Assembly: GCA_947630675.1 (NCBI GenBank)
Contig: CANRIN010000001.1
Span: 5,361-69,360 of the forward strand
Length of the DNA: 64,000 nucleotides
Source of the DNA: an uncultured Clostridia bacterium
GTDB taxonomy: Bacteria; Bacillota; Clostridia; Oscillospirales; JAAYOS01
Direction: 5' to 3'
Of this stretch, positions 35,248-43,768 are shown one piece after another. The translations under genes were made by a program, and so were the position numbers. Positions within the stretch are counted from its first letter, which is position 1; every line of letters begins with the position of its first letter. The notes beneath the pieces are model-generated. The model was not told the DNA's origin. It was given only the letters and a program-made list of their open reading frames with translations, and did no database searches.

Positions 35248-35270
35248 ACAACTTTTACTCGGAGGTCACG

Positions 35271-36791
35271 ATGATAATAGAAGTACAAAACCTTTCGTTC
35301 ACCTATCCCGGCTCGGCCGAGCCGGTGTTCGACGGACTCTCCTTCCGAGCCGACACGTCGTGGCGGCTCGGACTTATCGGCCGCAACGGACGTGGCAAGA
35401 CGACGCTCATGCGCATCCTCGCGGGCGAGCTCGAGGGCTCGGGGAGAATCATCGGCCTCGCGGGCGGCGCGGACTACTTCCCGTATCCCGAGCCGCCGGA
35501 GGGCGTTGCCGCGCTTGACGCGGCGTATCTCGCGCGGCCTGACCTGGAGGAGTGGCGGCTCCGCCGCGAGCTGCGCGGCCTCGGCGCGGACGCGGACGAC
35601 ATCCTTCCGCGCGATTACTACACACTTTCCAACGGCGAGCGCACGAAGCTCATGCTCGCGGTGCTCTTCTCGTGTGAGGGGCGCTTCCTCCTCATCGACG
35701 AGCCCACGAACCACCTCGACATGGAGGCACGCGAGCAGACGGCGGAGTATCTGCGCCGCAAGGATGGCTTTCTGCTCGTGAGCCACGACCGCGCATTCCT
35801 CGACGCCTGCACCGACCACACCCTCTTCCTCGGGCGCGGCACGGCGGAGGTGATACGCGGCGGCTACTCGGTCTGGAGAGAGGCGCGAGACCGCCGTGAG
35901 AGCTTCGAGCGGACGCAGTCGGAGCGGCTCGAACGTGAGGTGAAGCGCCTCGACGCCGCCGCAGACGAGGCAGGCCGACGCGCTGCCCTTGCGGACAGTG
36001 CGAAGTACAAGCGGGCAAACGGCAGTACCGCCCTGCACGAGAATATCTCTCGGGGGCACGTCGGTAAGATGGCGGCGCGCTCGGCGCACAAGGCCAAGGC
36101 GCTCGAACGCCGCCTCGACCGCACGGCGGACGAGCGGCGCGAGCTGCTTGCGGCGGCGACGCACCTCCGCCGCGACGAGCAGGTGGAGGCGCTGAAGCTC
36201 TCCCCGCGCTTCGACATCCGCAGGACGCTGCTGCGCGCGGAGGGGCTGTCTGTCGCATACGACCCGGCGCGCCCGGTGTTTGAAAACCTGCGGTTCGAGG
36301 TGAAGCCGGGCGAGCGCGTCGCGCTCCGGGGACGGAACGGCTCGGGCAAGAGCTCGGTCCTCCGCCTCGCGCTCGGGGAGGACGTTCCGCACGGCGGCAT
36401 ATTCGAGCGCGCCTCCGGCGCGGTGATAAGCTGGCTGCCGCAGGATGCGTCCGGGCTTTCAGGCAGCGTCTACGACTACGCGGCGGAGTGCGGCGTGGAT
36501 CACGTCCTCATGCTCGCGATACTGAGAAAATTGGGCTTTGCGCGCGAGCTCTTTGAGCGGGATATGCGCGGCTGGTCGGCGGGTCAGAAGAAAAAGGCGA
36601 TGCTCGCGCGGAGCCTCTGCGAGCAGGCACATGTCTACCTCTGGGACGAGCCGCTGAACTTCATCGACCTCGAGAGCCGCGAGCAGATAGAGTCGCTGAT
36701 ACTCGAATTCAGACCGACGATGCTGTTTGTCGAGCACGACCGGCGGTTCGCGGAGAACGTTGCGACCGGCACGGTGACGCTCGACATGTGA
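35271..36791 (+). CDS. ABC-F ribosomal protection-type ATPase (Lsa-like)
   Basis: GGAGG RBS before ATG 35271 (ORF track opens at 35100). Two ABC domains (GRNGRGKTT, GRNGSGKSS) and no TM segments. Long basic interdomain linker. WRLGLIGRNGRGKTTL, LIDEPTNHLD and GFLLVSHDRAFLD parallel Lsa. Confidence 0.85.
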   Translation: MIIEVQNLSFTYPGSAEPVFDGLSFRADTSWRLGLIGRNGRGKTTLMRILAGELEGSGRIIGLAGGADYFPYPEPPEGVAALDAAYLARPDLEEWRLRRELRGLGADADDILPRDYYTLSNGERTKLMLAVLFSCEGRFLLIDEPTNHLDMEAREQTAEYLRRKDGFLLVSHDRAFLDACTDHTLFLGRGTAEVIRGGYSVWREARDRRESFERTQSERLEREVKRLDAAADEAGRRAALADSAKYKRANGSTALHENISRGHVGKMAARSAHKAKALERRLDRTADERRELLAAATHLRRDEQVEALKLSPRFDIRRTLLRAEGLSVAYDPARPVFENLRFEVKPGERVALRGRNGSGKSSVLRLALGEDVPHGGIFERASGAVISWLPQDASGLSGSVYDYAAECGVDHVLMLAILRKLGFARELFERDMRGWSAGQKKKAMLARSLCEQAHVYLWDEPLNFIDLESREQIESLILEFRPTMLFVEHDRRFAENVATGTVTLDM

Positions 36792-36808
36792 GTGAAAGGA
36801 GCTTCGAA

Positions 36809-37279
36809 ATGGCAAAGGTGACGCTGATATGCGGTAAAATATGCTCCGGAAAGACGCGGCTCGCGCGGACGCTCCCCGGCGTGCCGCTCAGCTGCGACGA
36901 GCTGATGACATCTCTCTTTCCCGAGCCGATGGGGGACGGGTACGACGCCGCCGCGCGCCGCGCGAAGGAGTATCTGCTTTCGCTTGCGGAGACGCTGCTG
37001 CGCGGCGGAGTCGACGTCCTGCTCGACTGGGGGTTCTGGACGCGCGCGGAGCGGGACGAGACCCGTGCCCGCTTTGAGCGCATGGGGGCGGAGGTCGAAC
37101 TTGTCTATGTCGAGCCGACGCCGGAGCGGCGCGCAAAAAACATCGAGACACGGAACGCCGAGGCCGCCGGTGGCGCGAGGGACGTCTACGCGGCGGACGA
37201 AGGACTGCTCGCAAAGTGTGACTCGCGCTTCGAGCCGCCGACCCCGCCGGAACGGTTCACGCTTGTGCGGAACGAATAG
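36809..37279 (+). CDS. P-loop NTPase/kinase (AAA_33-like)
   Basis: GAAAGGAG RBS. Walker A GKICSGKT. Confidence 0.65.
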   Translation: MAKVTLICGKICSGKTRLARTLPGVPLSCDELMTSLFPEPMGDGYDAAARRAKEYLLSLAETLLRGGVDVLLDWGFWTRAERDETRARFERMGAEVELVYVEPTPERRAKNIETRNAEAAGGARDVYAADEGLLAKCDSRFEPPTPPERFTLVRNE

Positions 37280-37289
37280 GGGAGGAAAT

Positions 37290-37733
37290 ATGGGCGATTA
37301 CACAATACGGAGCGAGCGCGTCACGGCGGACGAGTACATATCTTTCCTTAAACGGACCGACCTCGGTTCGCAGTATCCGCGCGAGCGCTTCCGGGAGAGG
37401 ATAGAGCGGCTTACCGCGCGCGTCTCGATAAGCCTCACCGCCCGCGACGGCGAAAGGCTCGTCGGGGTATGCTTCGGGATAACCGATTTCGCGTACTGGC
37501 TCTTCATCACCGACTTGGGTGTGGACCGGGAGTATACAGGGCGCGGGATAGGCAGTGCGCTGCTTCACCGCGCCCACGAACTTGCGGGCGGGGAGCGGGA
37601 TATCGTGCTCTACACATGTATAAACGAGAACGCCGCGGGCTTCTATGAAAAGCTGGGGTTCCGCCGAGACCCGGATGTGATGAAGCTCGACCGCGTTGAC
37701 TGGACGGACTTTACCGTCACCGGAGACGAATAA
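37290..37733 (+). CDS. GNAT family N-acetyltransferase
   Basis: GGGAGG RBS. VDREYTGRGIGSALLHRA motif. Confidence 0.8.
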   Translation: MGDYTIRSERVTADEYISFLKRTDLGSQYPRERFRERIERLTARVSISLTARDGERLVGVCFGITDFAYWLFITDLGVDREYTGRGIGSALLHRAHELAGGERDIVLYTCINENAAGFYEKLGFRRDPDVMKLDRVDWTDFTVTGDE

Positions 37734-37759
37734 TTCGTATACGAAAGGAAGGAAATACC

Positions 37760-38425
37760 GTGAAAATAGAGATAAGTTCAAATATAATCAGACACTACCT
37801 GCGAAACGTCTACTTCATCAACGGCCACAGCTATGCGGGAAAGTCTACGATGGTGAAAATGCTCTCCGAGCGGTACGGCATGATACACTGCGGGGAGAAC
37901 TTCCACGACGTATTCCCGCGCTCGGAGCTAGACCGCTGGCAGCAGCCCGGCCTTTGCTACTTTGATACGATGAGCGGATGGCAGGAGTGGCTTTCAATGA
38001 CGGCGGAGCAGCATTGGCGCTGGACACAGGAGGTCTCACGCGAGTGCGTCGAGATAGAGGTGATGGAGCTCACGCGGCTCGCGGCATCCGGGCAGCGCAT
38101 CATAGTCGACACCAATATACCGCCGGACGTGCTCCGCGAGATATCCGACTACCGCCACGTCGCGATAATGCTCTGCGACCCTCCGGATGTGACGCGGACG
38201 CGGTTCTTCGACCGCGACGACCCGGATAAGAAGTTCATGCTCGAGCAGATAGCGCTGTGTCCCGACCCGGAGGCGGCGCGCAGGAACTTCGACTCGTGGC
38301 TCGGCTACAAGCCGCCGATTGAGGAGGACTGGAGCGGGTTCTTCACGCTCACACGCTCCGACTTCGAGCACGACACCCGCGAGGAGACGCTGGCGACACT
38401 GGCGAAACATTTCGGATTGGAATAG
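37760..38425 (+). CDS. P-loop NTPase of unknown specificity
   Basis: GTG start. Walker A GHSYAGKST. IIVDT is Walker B-like. Confidence 0.6.
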   Translation: MKIEISSNIIRHYLRNVYFINGHSYAGKSTMVKMLSERYGMIHCGENFHDVFPRSELDRWQQPGLCYFDTMSGWQEWLSMTAEQHWRWTQEVSRECVEIEVMELTRLAASGQRIIVDTNIPPDVLREISDYRHVAIMLCDPPDVTRTRFFDRDDPDKKFMLEQIALCPDPEAARRNFDSWLGYKPPIEEDWSGFFTLTRSDFEHDTREETLATLAKHFGLE

Positions 38426-38599
38426 AGGCGTTTTTCACGCCTTGCCTTCGTAGATGCGAACGCATTTGAGGAGCATGCGGTGCGGAAACTGACCGAAAGG
38501 GCTATCGGCGGCTGCGTCCCCGGGAGTCTGGACACGTTTTTCGACGAAGAACTGGCGGCGGAGATGGACGGCGGGGTCAAGCGACCCCGCCGTCACAGC

Positions 38600-38947
38600 T
38601 TGTCGAAAAGCCTCGCAGAGTTTCGCCGCGTCAGCGGCAAAATAGGTTTCAATCTGGTTTTTCCGGCGGCGTGTACGTCGGAAAAAACTCCTCTCGCGGA
38701 GCGCGCTTCGAAGCGCCGCAGGCGGTTCCGCGCCGGTTCGCGCGGTTAAAGTTGCTTGCCTATGGCAAGCAACTTTGCGGAGCCAGAATTCATTTCCGGC
38801 GAGCATTTCAATCAGAAGGGCTCCCACGCGGCCCAGCCGCGTGGGAATTGCAGAGCGGAGCGTTGCCGTCGGCATGGCTGTGCCCTGTCCGACGGCCTCG
38901 CGGGAAACAGGTTGCGGGCTTTGCCCGCAACCTGTTTCCCGCGAAAG
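38600..38947 (+). repeat. Modular hairpin repeat, locus 5 (core element with a nested type-C module and a terminal long hairpin)
   Basis: GCCTCGCAGAG at 38610, M2 at about 38658-38688, nested unit 38744-38851, M4 38865-38896, 21-bp perfect hairpin 38899-38943. Confidence 0.85.
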
Positions 38948-38949
38948 TT

Positions 38950-39213
38950 TTATTGCGCCATCTTTTCGAGGAGCGCAAGCGCCTCCTCTATCTTACCGTC
39001 CGGGTCGCCGCTCTCGAGCGCGTCCTTGACGCACATTCGGATGTGTGCCTCGAGTATCTGCTGATTGACGCCGCGCAGGAGCGCCTGCGTCGCGAGTATC
39101 TGGTTTGAGATGTCCACGCAGTAGCGGTCCTCCTCCACCATCCGAAGGACGGCGTCTATCTGGCCGCGCGCGACCTTGAGCTTGTGAGTTATCTGTTCTC
39201 TGTTGGCTTTCAT
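38950..39213 (-). CDS. csoR: CsoR-family copper-sensing repressor
   Basis: DUF156 fold with the C-H-C ligand pattern (RYCVDI...EAHIRMC). It overlaps the copA stop by 4 nt. Confidence 0.85.
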   Translation of the reverse strand: MKANREQITHKLKVARGQIDAVLRMVEEDRYCVDISNQILATQALLRGVNQQILEAHIRMCVKDALESGDPDGKIEEALALLEKMAQ

Positions 39214-41804
39214 ATAGCTGCCTCCTCAATACCGGTTACGGTGTAGTCCTCGGCCTCGACAGCGGCGCGGAGCGCGTCGTCTGGGACGGGACGCGCGAGC
39301 GAGACGAGCGCCGTGGCGTCCTCAAGCGAGACCTCCACCGCGAGGACGCCGGGGACGCCGCGTAGTGCGTCGCCGACGGTCTTCACGCAGTGCTCGCACA
39401 TCATGCCTTCGACGCGGATGAGCTTTCTCGCAGCACCGGCGGGAGCGTCGGACACGGCCTTCGGCGCGTCCGACACGAGTGACGACGCCGAGACAGACAC
39501 CACCGGCGCGGAGGTGCGCGTCTCGGGCGCGGCCGAGTGTATCGGCTTGAAGAACTTGAGCCGCAGGGCGTTCGACACGACGAACACCGAGCTGAAGCTC
39601 ATCGCGAGCGCGCCTATCATCGGGTTCAGCTTGAGCCCGAACGCGGTGAAGAACACGCCTGCCGCTATCGGTATGCCTATCGAGTTGTAGAAGAGCGCCC
39701 AGAAGAGGTTCTGCTTGATGTTGCGGAGCACCGCCCGGCTGAGGCGTATCGCCGTCGGAACATCGAGCAGGTCGCTCCGCATGAGGACGATGTCGGCCGA
39801 CTCTATCGCAACGTCGGTGCCCGCGCCTATCGCGACGCCGACCGAGGCGCGCGCGAGGGCGGGCGCGTCGTTGATGCCGTCGCCCACCATCGCGACGGTG
39901 CGCCCCTCCTCCTCGAGGGCGCGGACCTCGCGCTCCTTGTCCTGCGGCAGGACCTCGGCCACCACGCGGTCGACGCCGACGTCCGTGCCTATCGCCCTTG
40001 CAACTCCGGCGTTGTCGCCGGTCAGCATGACGACCTCGACGCCCATTGAGTGGAGCTCCGCTATCGCCTGGCGGCTCGTGGGCTTCACGACGTCCGCGAC
40101 GGCTATCGTGCCGATATATTTTCCGTCCCGCGAGAAGTGGAGCGCGGTCTCGCCGCGGGAGGCGGCCTCCTCGCCCACGCGGCGCGCGGTGTCGGTCGGG
40201 ACGCCCTCGCGCTCGAGCAGGCGGAGGTTGCCCGCGGCGACGACGTGTCCGTCCACCGCGGCTTTCACTCCGCCGCCGGGGATCTGCACGAAGTCGGAGG
40301 CGGGGCGCGCCTCCGCGCCGGTCTCGCCGGAGTATTTCACTATCGCGCTTGCGAGCGGGTGCCCGCTCAGCGCCTCCACCGACGCCGCGAGCGTGACGAG
40401 CTCCTTCTCGTCCACGCCGTCCGCGCAGAACACCGCGACGACGGCGGGCCGCCCCTCGGTGATGGTGCCGGTCTTGTCGAGCACGACGGTGTCGACGGCG
40501 TGCGCAGTCTCGAGCGCCTCGCTGGATTTTATCAGTATGCCGTTCTGCGCGCCCTTGCCGGTGCCGACCATTATCGCCGTCGGGGTTGCAAGTCCGAGCG
40601 CACACGGGCAGGAGATGACGAGCACCGAGATGCCGACCGACAGCGCGAACTCGAACGTCGCGCCGCAGAGCATCCAGACTGCCGCCGCGACGACGGCTAT
40701 GGCTATGACCGCCGGCACGAACACGCCGCTCACCCTGTCCGCGAGCTTTGCAATAGGCGCCTTCGAGCTCGACGCCTCGTCAACGAGGCGGACTATCTGC
40801 GAAAGCGTCGTGTCGTCGCCGACCTTCACGGCGCGCATACGGAAGAAGCCGGAGAGGTTTATCGTCGCTCCGGTGACCGCCGCGCCCTCCGTCTTTTCGA
40901 CCGGGACCGACTCGCCGGTGATGGCGCTCTCGTCGAGCGTGCCGCTTCCGTCGATGATAACTCCGTCGACCGGGACGGATTCGCCGGGGCGGACGACCAC
41001 GGTGTCGCCGACCATGACCTGCTCCGCCGGGATCTCGACCTCCGCTCCGTCCCGCAGGACGCGCGCCGTCTTCGGCGCGAGGTCGATGAGCTTAGTTATC
41101 GCGTCGGAGGTGCGGCCCTTCGCACGTGCCTCGAAGAACTTTCCGAGGGTGATGAGCGTGAGAATGGTCCCCGCCGACTCAAAGTAGAGCTCGTGCATAA
41201 CGCTCTCGAGCGCGGGAATGTCCCCGGCAGACGCGGCGTGCATCATGCGGTACATGATGTATATGCCGTACACGAGCGACGCGCCCGAGCCTATCGCTAT
41301 AAGCGAGTCCATGTTCGGCGAGCCGTGTATAAGCGTTTTGAACCCGACGCGGAAGTATTTGAAGTTCACCGCGACAATGGGGATGAGCAGCAGGAACTGC
41401 GTGAACGCAAACCCGAGCGCACCCTTCGTGCCGTGGAAGAAGTGCGGTATCGGCAGCCCTATCATGTGTCCCATGCACAGATAGAAGAGCGGCACGCAGA
41501 ATATGAGTGAGACGATGAGCCGCTTCCGCAGGGAGAGATACTCCTCCCGCGCGACGCTGTTCCGTTCGGACTTGCCGGACTTCTGCTCCGCGCCGCGTTC
41601 GCGCGCGCCGTAGCCCGCATGAACGACCGCTGCCACTATATCCTGCGCGGAAAGCCGCGCCTCGTCGTAGTTGACGACCATGCTGTTTGTGAGAAGATTT
41701 ACCGAGACCGACTCGACCGCTTCGAGCTTCGCGACGCTCCGCTCCACCCTTGAGGAGCAGGCGGCGCAGGTCATCCCGGTGACATCGAACTGAGTCTTGC
41801 GCAT
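39210..41804 (-). CDS. copA: Copper-translocating P1B-type ATPase with N-terminal and C-terminal HMA domains
   Basis: GMTCAACSSRV (N-terminal HMA), CPC TM motif, DKTGT, GDGINDAP, and a C-terminal GMMCEHCV HMA. Confidence 0.95.
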   Translation of the reverse strand: MRKTQFDVTGMTCAACSSRVERSVAKLEAVESVSVNLLTNSMVVNYDEARLSAQDIVAAVVHAGYGARERGAEQKSGKSERNSVAREEYLSLRKRLIVSLIFCVPLFYLCMGHMIGLPIPHFFHGTKGALGFAFTQFLLLIPIVAVNFKYFRVGFKTLIHGSPNMDSLIAIGSGASLVYGIYIMYRMMHAASAGDIPALESVMHELYFESAGTILTLITLGKFFEARAKGRTSDAITKLIDLAPKTARVLRDGAEVEIPAEQVMVGDTVVVRPGESVPVDGVIIDGSGTLDESAITGESVPVEKTEGAAVTGATINLSGFFRMRAVKVGDDTTLSQIVRLVDEASSSKAPIAKLADRVSGVFVPAVIAIAVVAAAVWMLCGATFEFALSVGISVLVISCPCALGLATPTAIMVGTGKGAQNGILIKSSEALETAHAVDTVVLDKTGTITEGRPAVVAVFCADGVDEKELVTLAASVEALSGHPLASAIVKYSGETGAEARPASDFVQIPGGGVKAAVDGHVVAAGNLRLLEREGVPTDTARRVGEEAASRGETALHFSRDGKYIGTIAVADVVKPTSRQAIAELHSMGVEVVMLTGDNAGVARAIGTDVGVDRVVAEVLPQDKEREVRALEEEGRTVAMVGDGINDAPALARASVGVAIGAGTDVAIESADIVLMRSDLLDVPTAIRLSRAVLRNIKQNLFWALFYNSIGIPIAAGVFFTAFGLKLNPMIGALAMSFSSVFVVSNALRLKFFKPIHSAAPETRTSAPVVSVSASSLVSDAPKAVSDAPAGAARKLIRVEGMMCEHCVKTVGDALRGVPGVLAVEVSLEDATALVSLARPVPDDALRAAVEAEDYTVTGIEEAAI

Positions 41805-41821
41805 AGAAGTGCCTCCTTTGC

Positions 41822-41848
41822 ATACCCCACCCCCGGGGAGGGGGGTAT
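41822..41848. promoter_or_regulatory. CsoR operator-like GC-rich pseudo-palindrome upstream of copA
   Basis: ATACCCCACCCCCGGGGAGGGGGGTAT. The ATACCC...GGGGTAT ends match known CsoR operators. It begins 18 nt upstream of the copA start. Confidence 0.7.
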
Positions 41849-41896
41849 TATCAGTATACGCCGGTGAGCGCGGGATGTCAATAGGATTGCGAAAAA

Positions 41897-41950
41897 TTCA
41901 CGGCTGATTGCGGGAGCGGGCTTTCGCCCGCTCCCGCAATCAGCCGTGAA
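41897..41950 (-). terminator. 25-bp perfect hairpin terminator
   Basis: TTCACGGCTGATTGCGGGAGCGGGC-TTTC-GCCCGCTCCCGCAATCAGCCGTGAA, followed by ATTTTT on the minus strand. Confidence 0.75.
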
Positions 41951-41957
41951 AAATCCG

Positions 41958-42383
41958 TTACGCGCGGCACAGCCTTATCATAAGGCAGAAACCGCCGTCC
42001 GAGACGGCGACGCTCACCGTGGCGTCTCCGTTTTGCAGCAGCTCTGCCGACGCGCCGCTCTCGTCCGCGTGCTCAAGCGGCTCGAACCCGCTTGACCGCA
42101 GCAGCGCGACATACTCGTCTCCCTGCTCCCGCGCGGCATGAAAGGCAACTGAGAAGTATCCCGCGCTCTCGTCGCAGACCGTCGCGCTGTAAGGCGTTCC
42201 GGACTCCGGACGGGGAACGGAGGATGTGTAGACGTTCTCCGGCCACGCGTCTATACTCTCCCACTCAAGCGTAGGAAGTCCGCCCGACGGCTTCGAGCCG
42301 CCGCTCCGTGCGCCGTATGCGCATATGCCTGCTGCTGCGGCGAGCAGTACGAGCAGCACGGCGGCAGCGAGGAACTTTTTCAT
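41958..42383 (-). CDS. Small secreted/membrane-anchored protein, unknown function
   Basis: N-terminal hydrophobic signal/anchor. Only 6 nt downstream of the XRE gene (likely an operon). Confidence 0.6.
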   Translation of the reverse strand: MKKFLAAAVLLVLLAAAAGICAYGARSGGSKPSGGLPTLEWESIDAWPENVYTSSVPRPESGTPYSATVCDESAGYFSVAFHAAREQGDEYVALLRSSGFEPLEHADESGASAELLQNGDATVSVAVSDGGFCLMIRLCRA

Positions 42384-42389
42384 CTAAAA

Positions 42390-42851
42390 TCAGCCCCTTT
42401 TCTTTCGCTTTGCCCGAAAGAGAGAGAATACCGAGACGGCGGCGAGGACGGCACCCACGGCGCAGAGCAGGAGCGGACGGAGGGACGGTCCCGCGACGAG
42501 AATGCCCGTTTCCGCGTCCGCATAGCCTATGTATGCGCTGGTGAGCGAGTTGTCGGACACAGCCCATACGGTGGCGAGGACGAGCAAAACGCATCCGGCG
42601 GCGAGGGTGCACGCGGACAGAATGTTCCTCCGACGGTGTGCCGGAGCGTCCGTCTGCTTTTCCGGCGTAAGCTCTGTGAGCGGTATGTCGAAAAGCCGAC
42701 AGAGCGCAAGAAGGTTCGCCGTGCTCGGCAGGCTTGCACCGTTTTCCCACTTTCCGACGGCCTGCCGCGAGACTCCCAGCGCCTCCGCCAACGTTTCCTG
42801 TGACATCCGCCGCTCCGTGCGGAGCTGCTTTATACGCGTTCCGATATCCAT
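42390..42851 (-). CDS. XRE-family HTH regulator with two C-terminal transmembrane helices
   Basis: IKQLRTERRMSQETLAEALGVSRQAVGKWENG HTH motif, then two hydrophobic segments and a basic tail. Confidence 0.8.
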   Translation of the reverse strand: MDIGTRIKQLRTERRMSQETLAEALGVSRQAVGKWENGASLPSTANLLALCRLFDIPLTELTPEKQTDAPAHRRRNILSACTLAAGCVLLVLATVWAVSDNSLTSAYIGYADAETGILVAGPSLRPLLLCAVGAVLAAVSVFSLFRAKRKKRG

Positions 42852-42864
42852 GTATACTCCTCCG

Positions 42865-42884
42865 GGTCAGGATATATACTGACC
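42865..42884. promoter_or_regulatory. Inverted repeat upstream of the XRE gene (possible operator overlapping a -10-like TATATA)
   Basis: GGTCAG-GATATATA-CTGACC, 13 nt upstream of the start codon region. Confidence 0.35.
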
Positions 42885-43069
42885 GATTTTGAGACAAATG
42901 TCTACCAACTATCGCGCAACTATCGGTTGCACCGCACATTTTCGGGCAAAACTTTCCGGCATAGTTCCTTCGAAATGTCTGACCCGGGCAAACACCCGGG
43001 TCAGGACGGAAGACTTTCCTTACTTTTACAATATAAGTATAAGTGCAACAGGGAGCGAAAAAGCGTGCT

Positions 43070-43765
43070 TTATTTCGCCGCGCGTATCAGCGTGCGGATG
43101 TCGCGGTCGCGTACGTCCGGCAGGACTTCTCGGACACGCTCCGCTATGTCTTGTACTGCCCGTGCGGGGTCGAGCTCCGCCGCCTCGTCCTCCGCGCCGG
43201 GAAAGAAGCTCTCCGACGTGCAGAGCACCGCGCCCGGCCAGCCGTAGGGCTCGCCCGTGCGGCTTATCTTCTGCGCCTCGCCGCAGTAGGTGATGTATAG
43301 CGACATTTCGAGCTCGACTATCGCCCGCTCGAACACCGAGCGCTTCTCCTTAGAGAGGCCCGCGGAGACGCGGAGGTCGAAGACCGAGAGGGCGGGAACG
43401 TCCCGCAGCACGTCGTAGATACGCTTCGCGGGGCGGCTTATCTTGCCGGCCTCCCACGCCTCATCGAGGCTTTCCGCGCGGCGGCGTGCCGCGATGAAGC
43501 GCGGGTACCACTCGCGCGTTATATATCCGCTCTTACCTGAGAAGAGCTTGCCGTAGGCTATGTCCTCGCAGTCGGTGAGGACGCGGATACGCCACTCCCA
43601 CGGGTCAAGGTCGGATATTCCGGAGTGCCACTGAACGTCGGGCGAGGCAAGCGTCGAGACCGACAGGCGTCCGCCGTCCGACCACGGGAAGCCGCCCGGG
43701 AGAAAGCCTATCTCCCGGACGGTGCGCGTAAATTCTTCAAATGTCGTGAATTTCTTCGGCGTCAT
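43070..43765 (-). CDS. Hypothetical cytoplasmic protein (possibly a winged-helix/AlkZ-related fold)
   Basis: Clean 231-aa ORF abutting the GH3 gene (4-nt gap). I see no diagnostic motif. Confidence 0.5.
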   Translation of the reverse strand: MTPKKFTTFEEFTRTVREIGFLPGGFPWSDGGRLSVSTLASPDVQWHSGISDLDPWEWRIRVLTDCEDIAYGKLFSGKSGYITREWYPRFIAARRRAESLDEAWEAGKISRPAKRIYDVLRDVPALSVFDLRVSAGLSKEKRSVFERAIVELEMSLYITYCGEAQKISRTGEPYGWPGAVLCTSESFFPGAEDEAAELDPARAVQDIAERVREVLPDVRDRDIRTLIRAAK

Positions 43766-43768
43766 TTT

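Noticed and set aside
38435-38600. A minus-strand reading frame ending ...FFVEKRVQTPGDAAADSPFGQFPHRMLLKCVRIYEGKA*, which looks like the C-terminal remnant of a protein gene truncated by the repeat array.
   Set aside because: It is only about 45 plausible codons with no start or recognisable domain, and its upstream part dissolves into repeat sequence. That is insufficient to call a pseudogene without a homology search.
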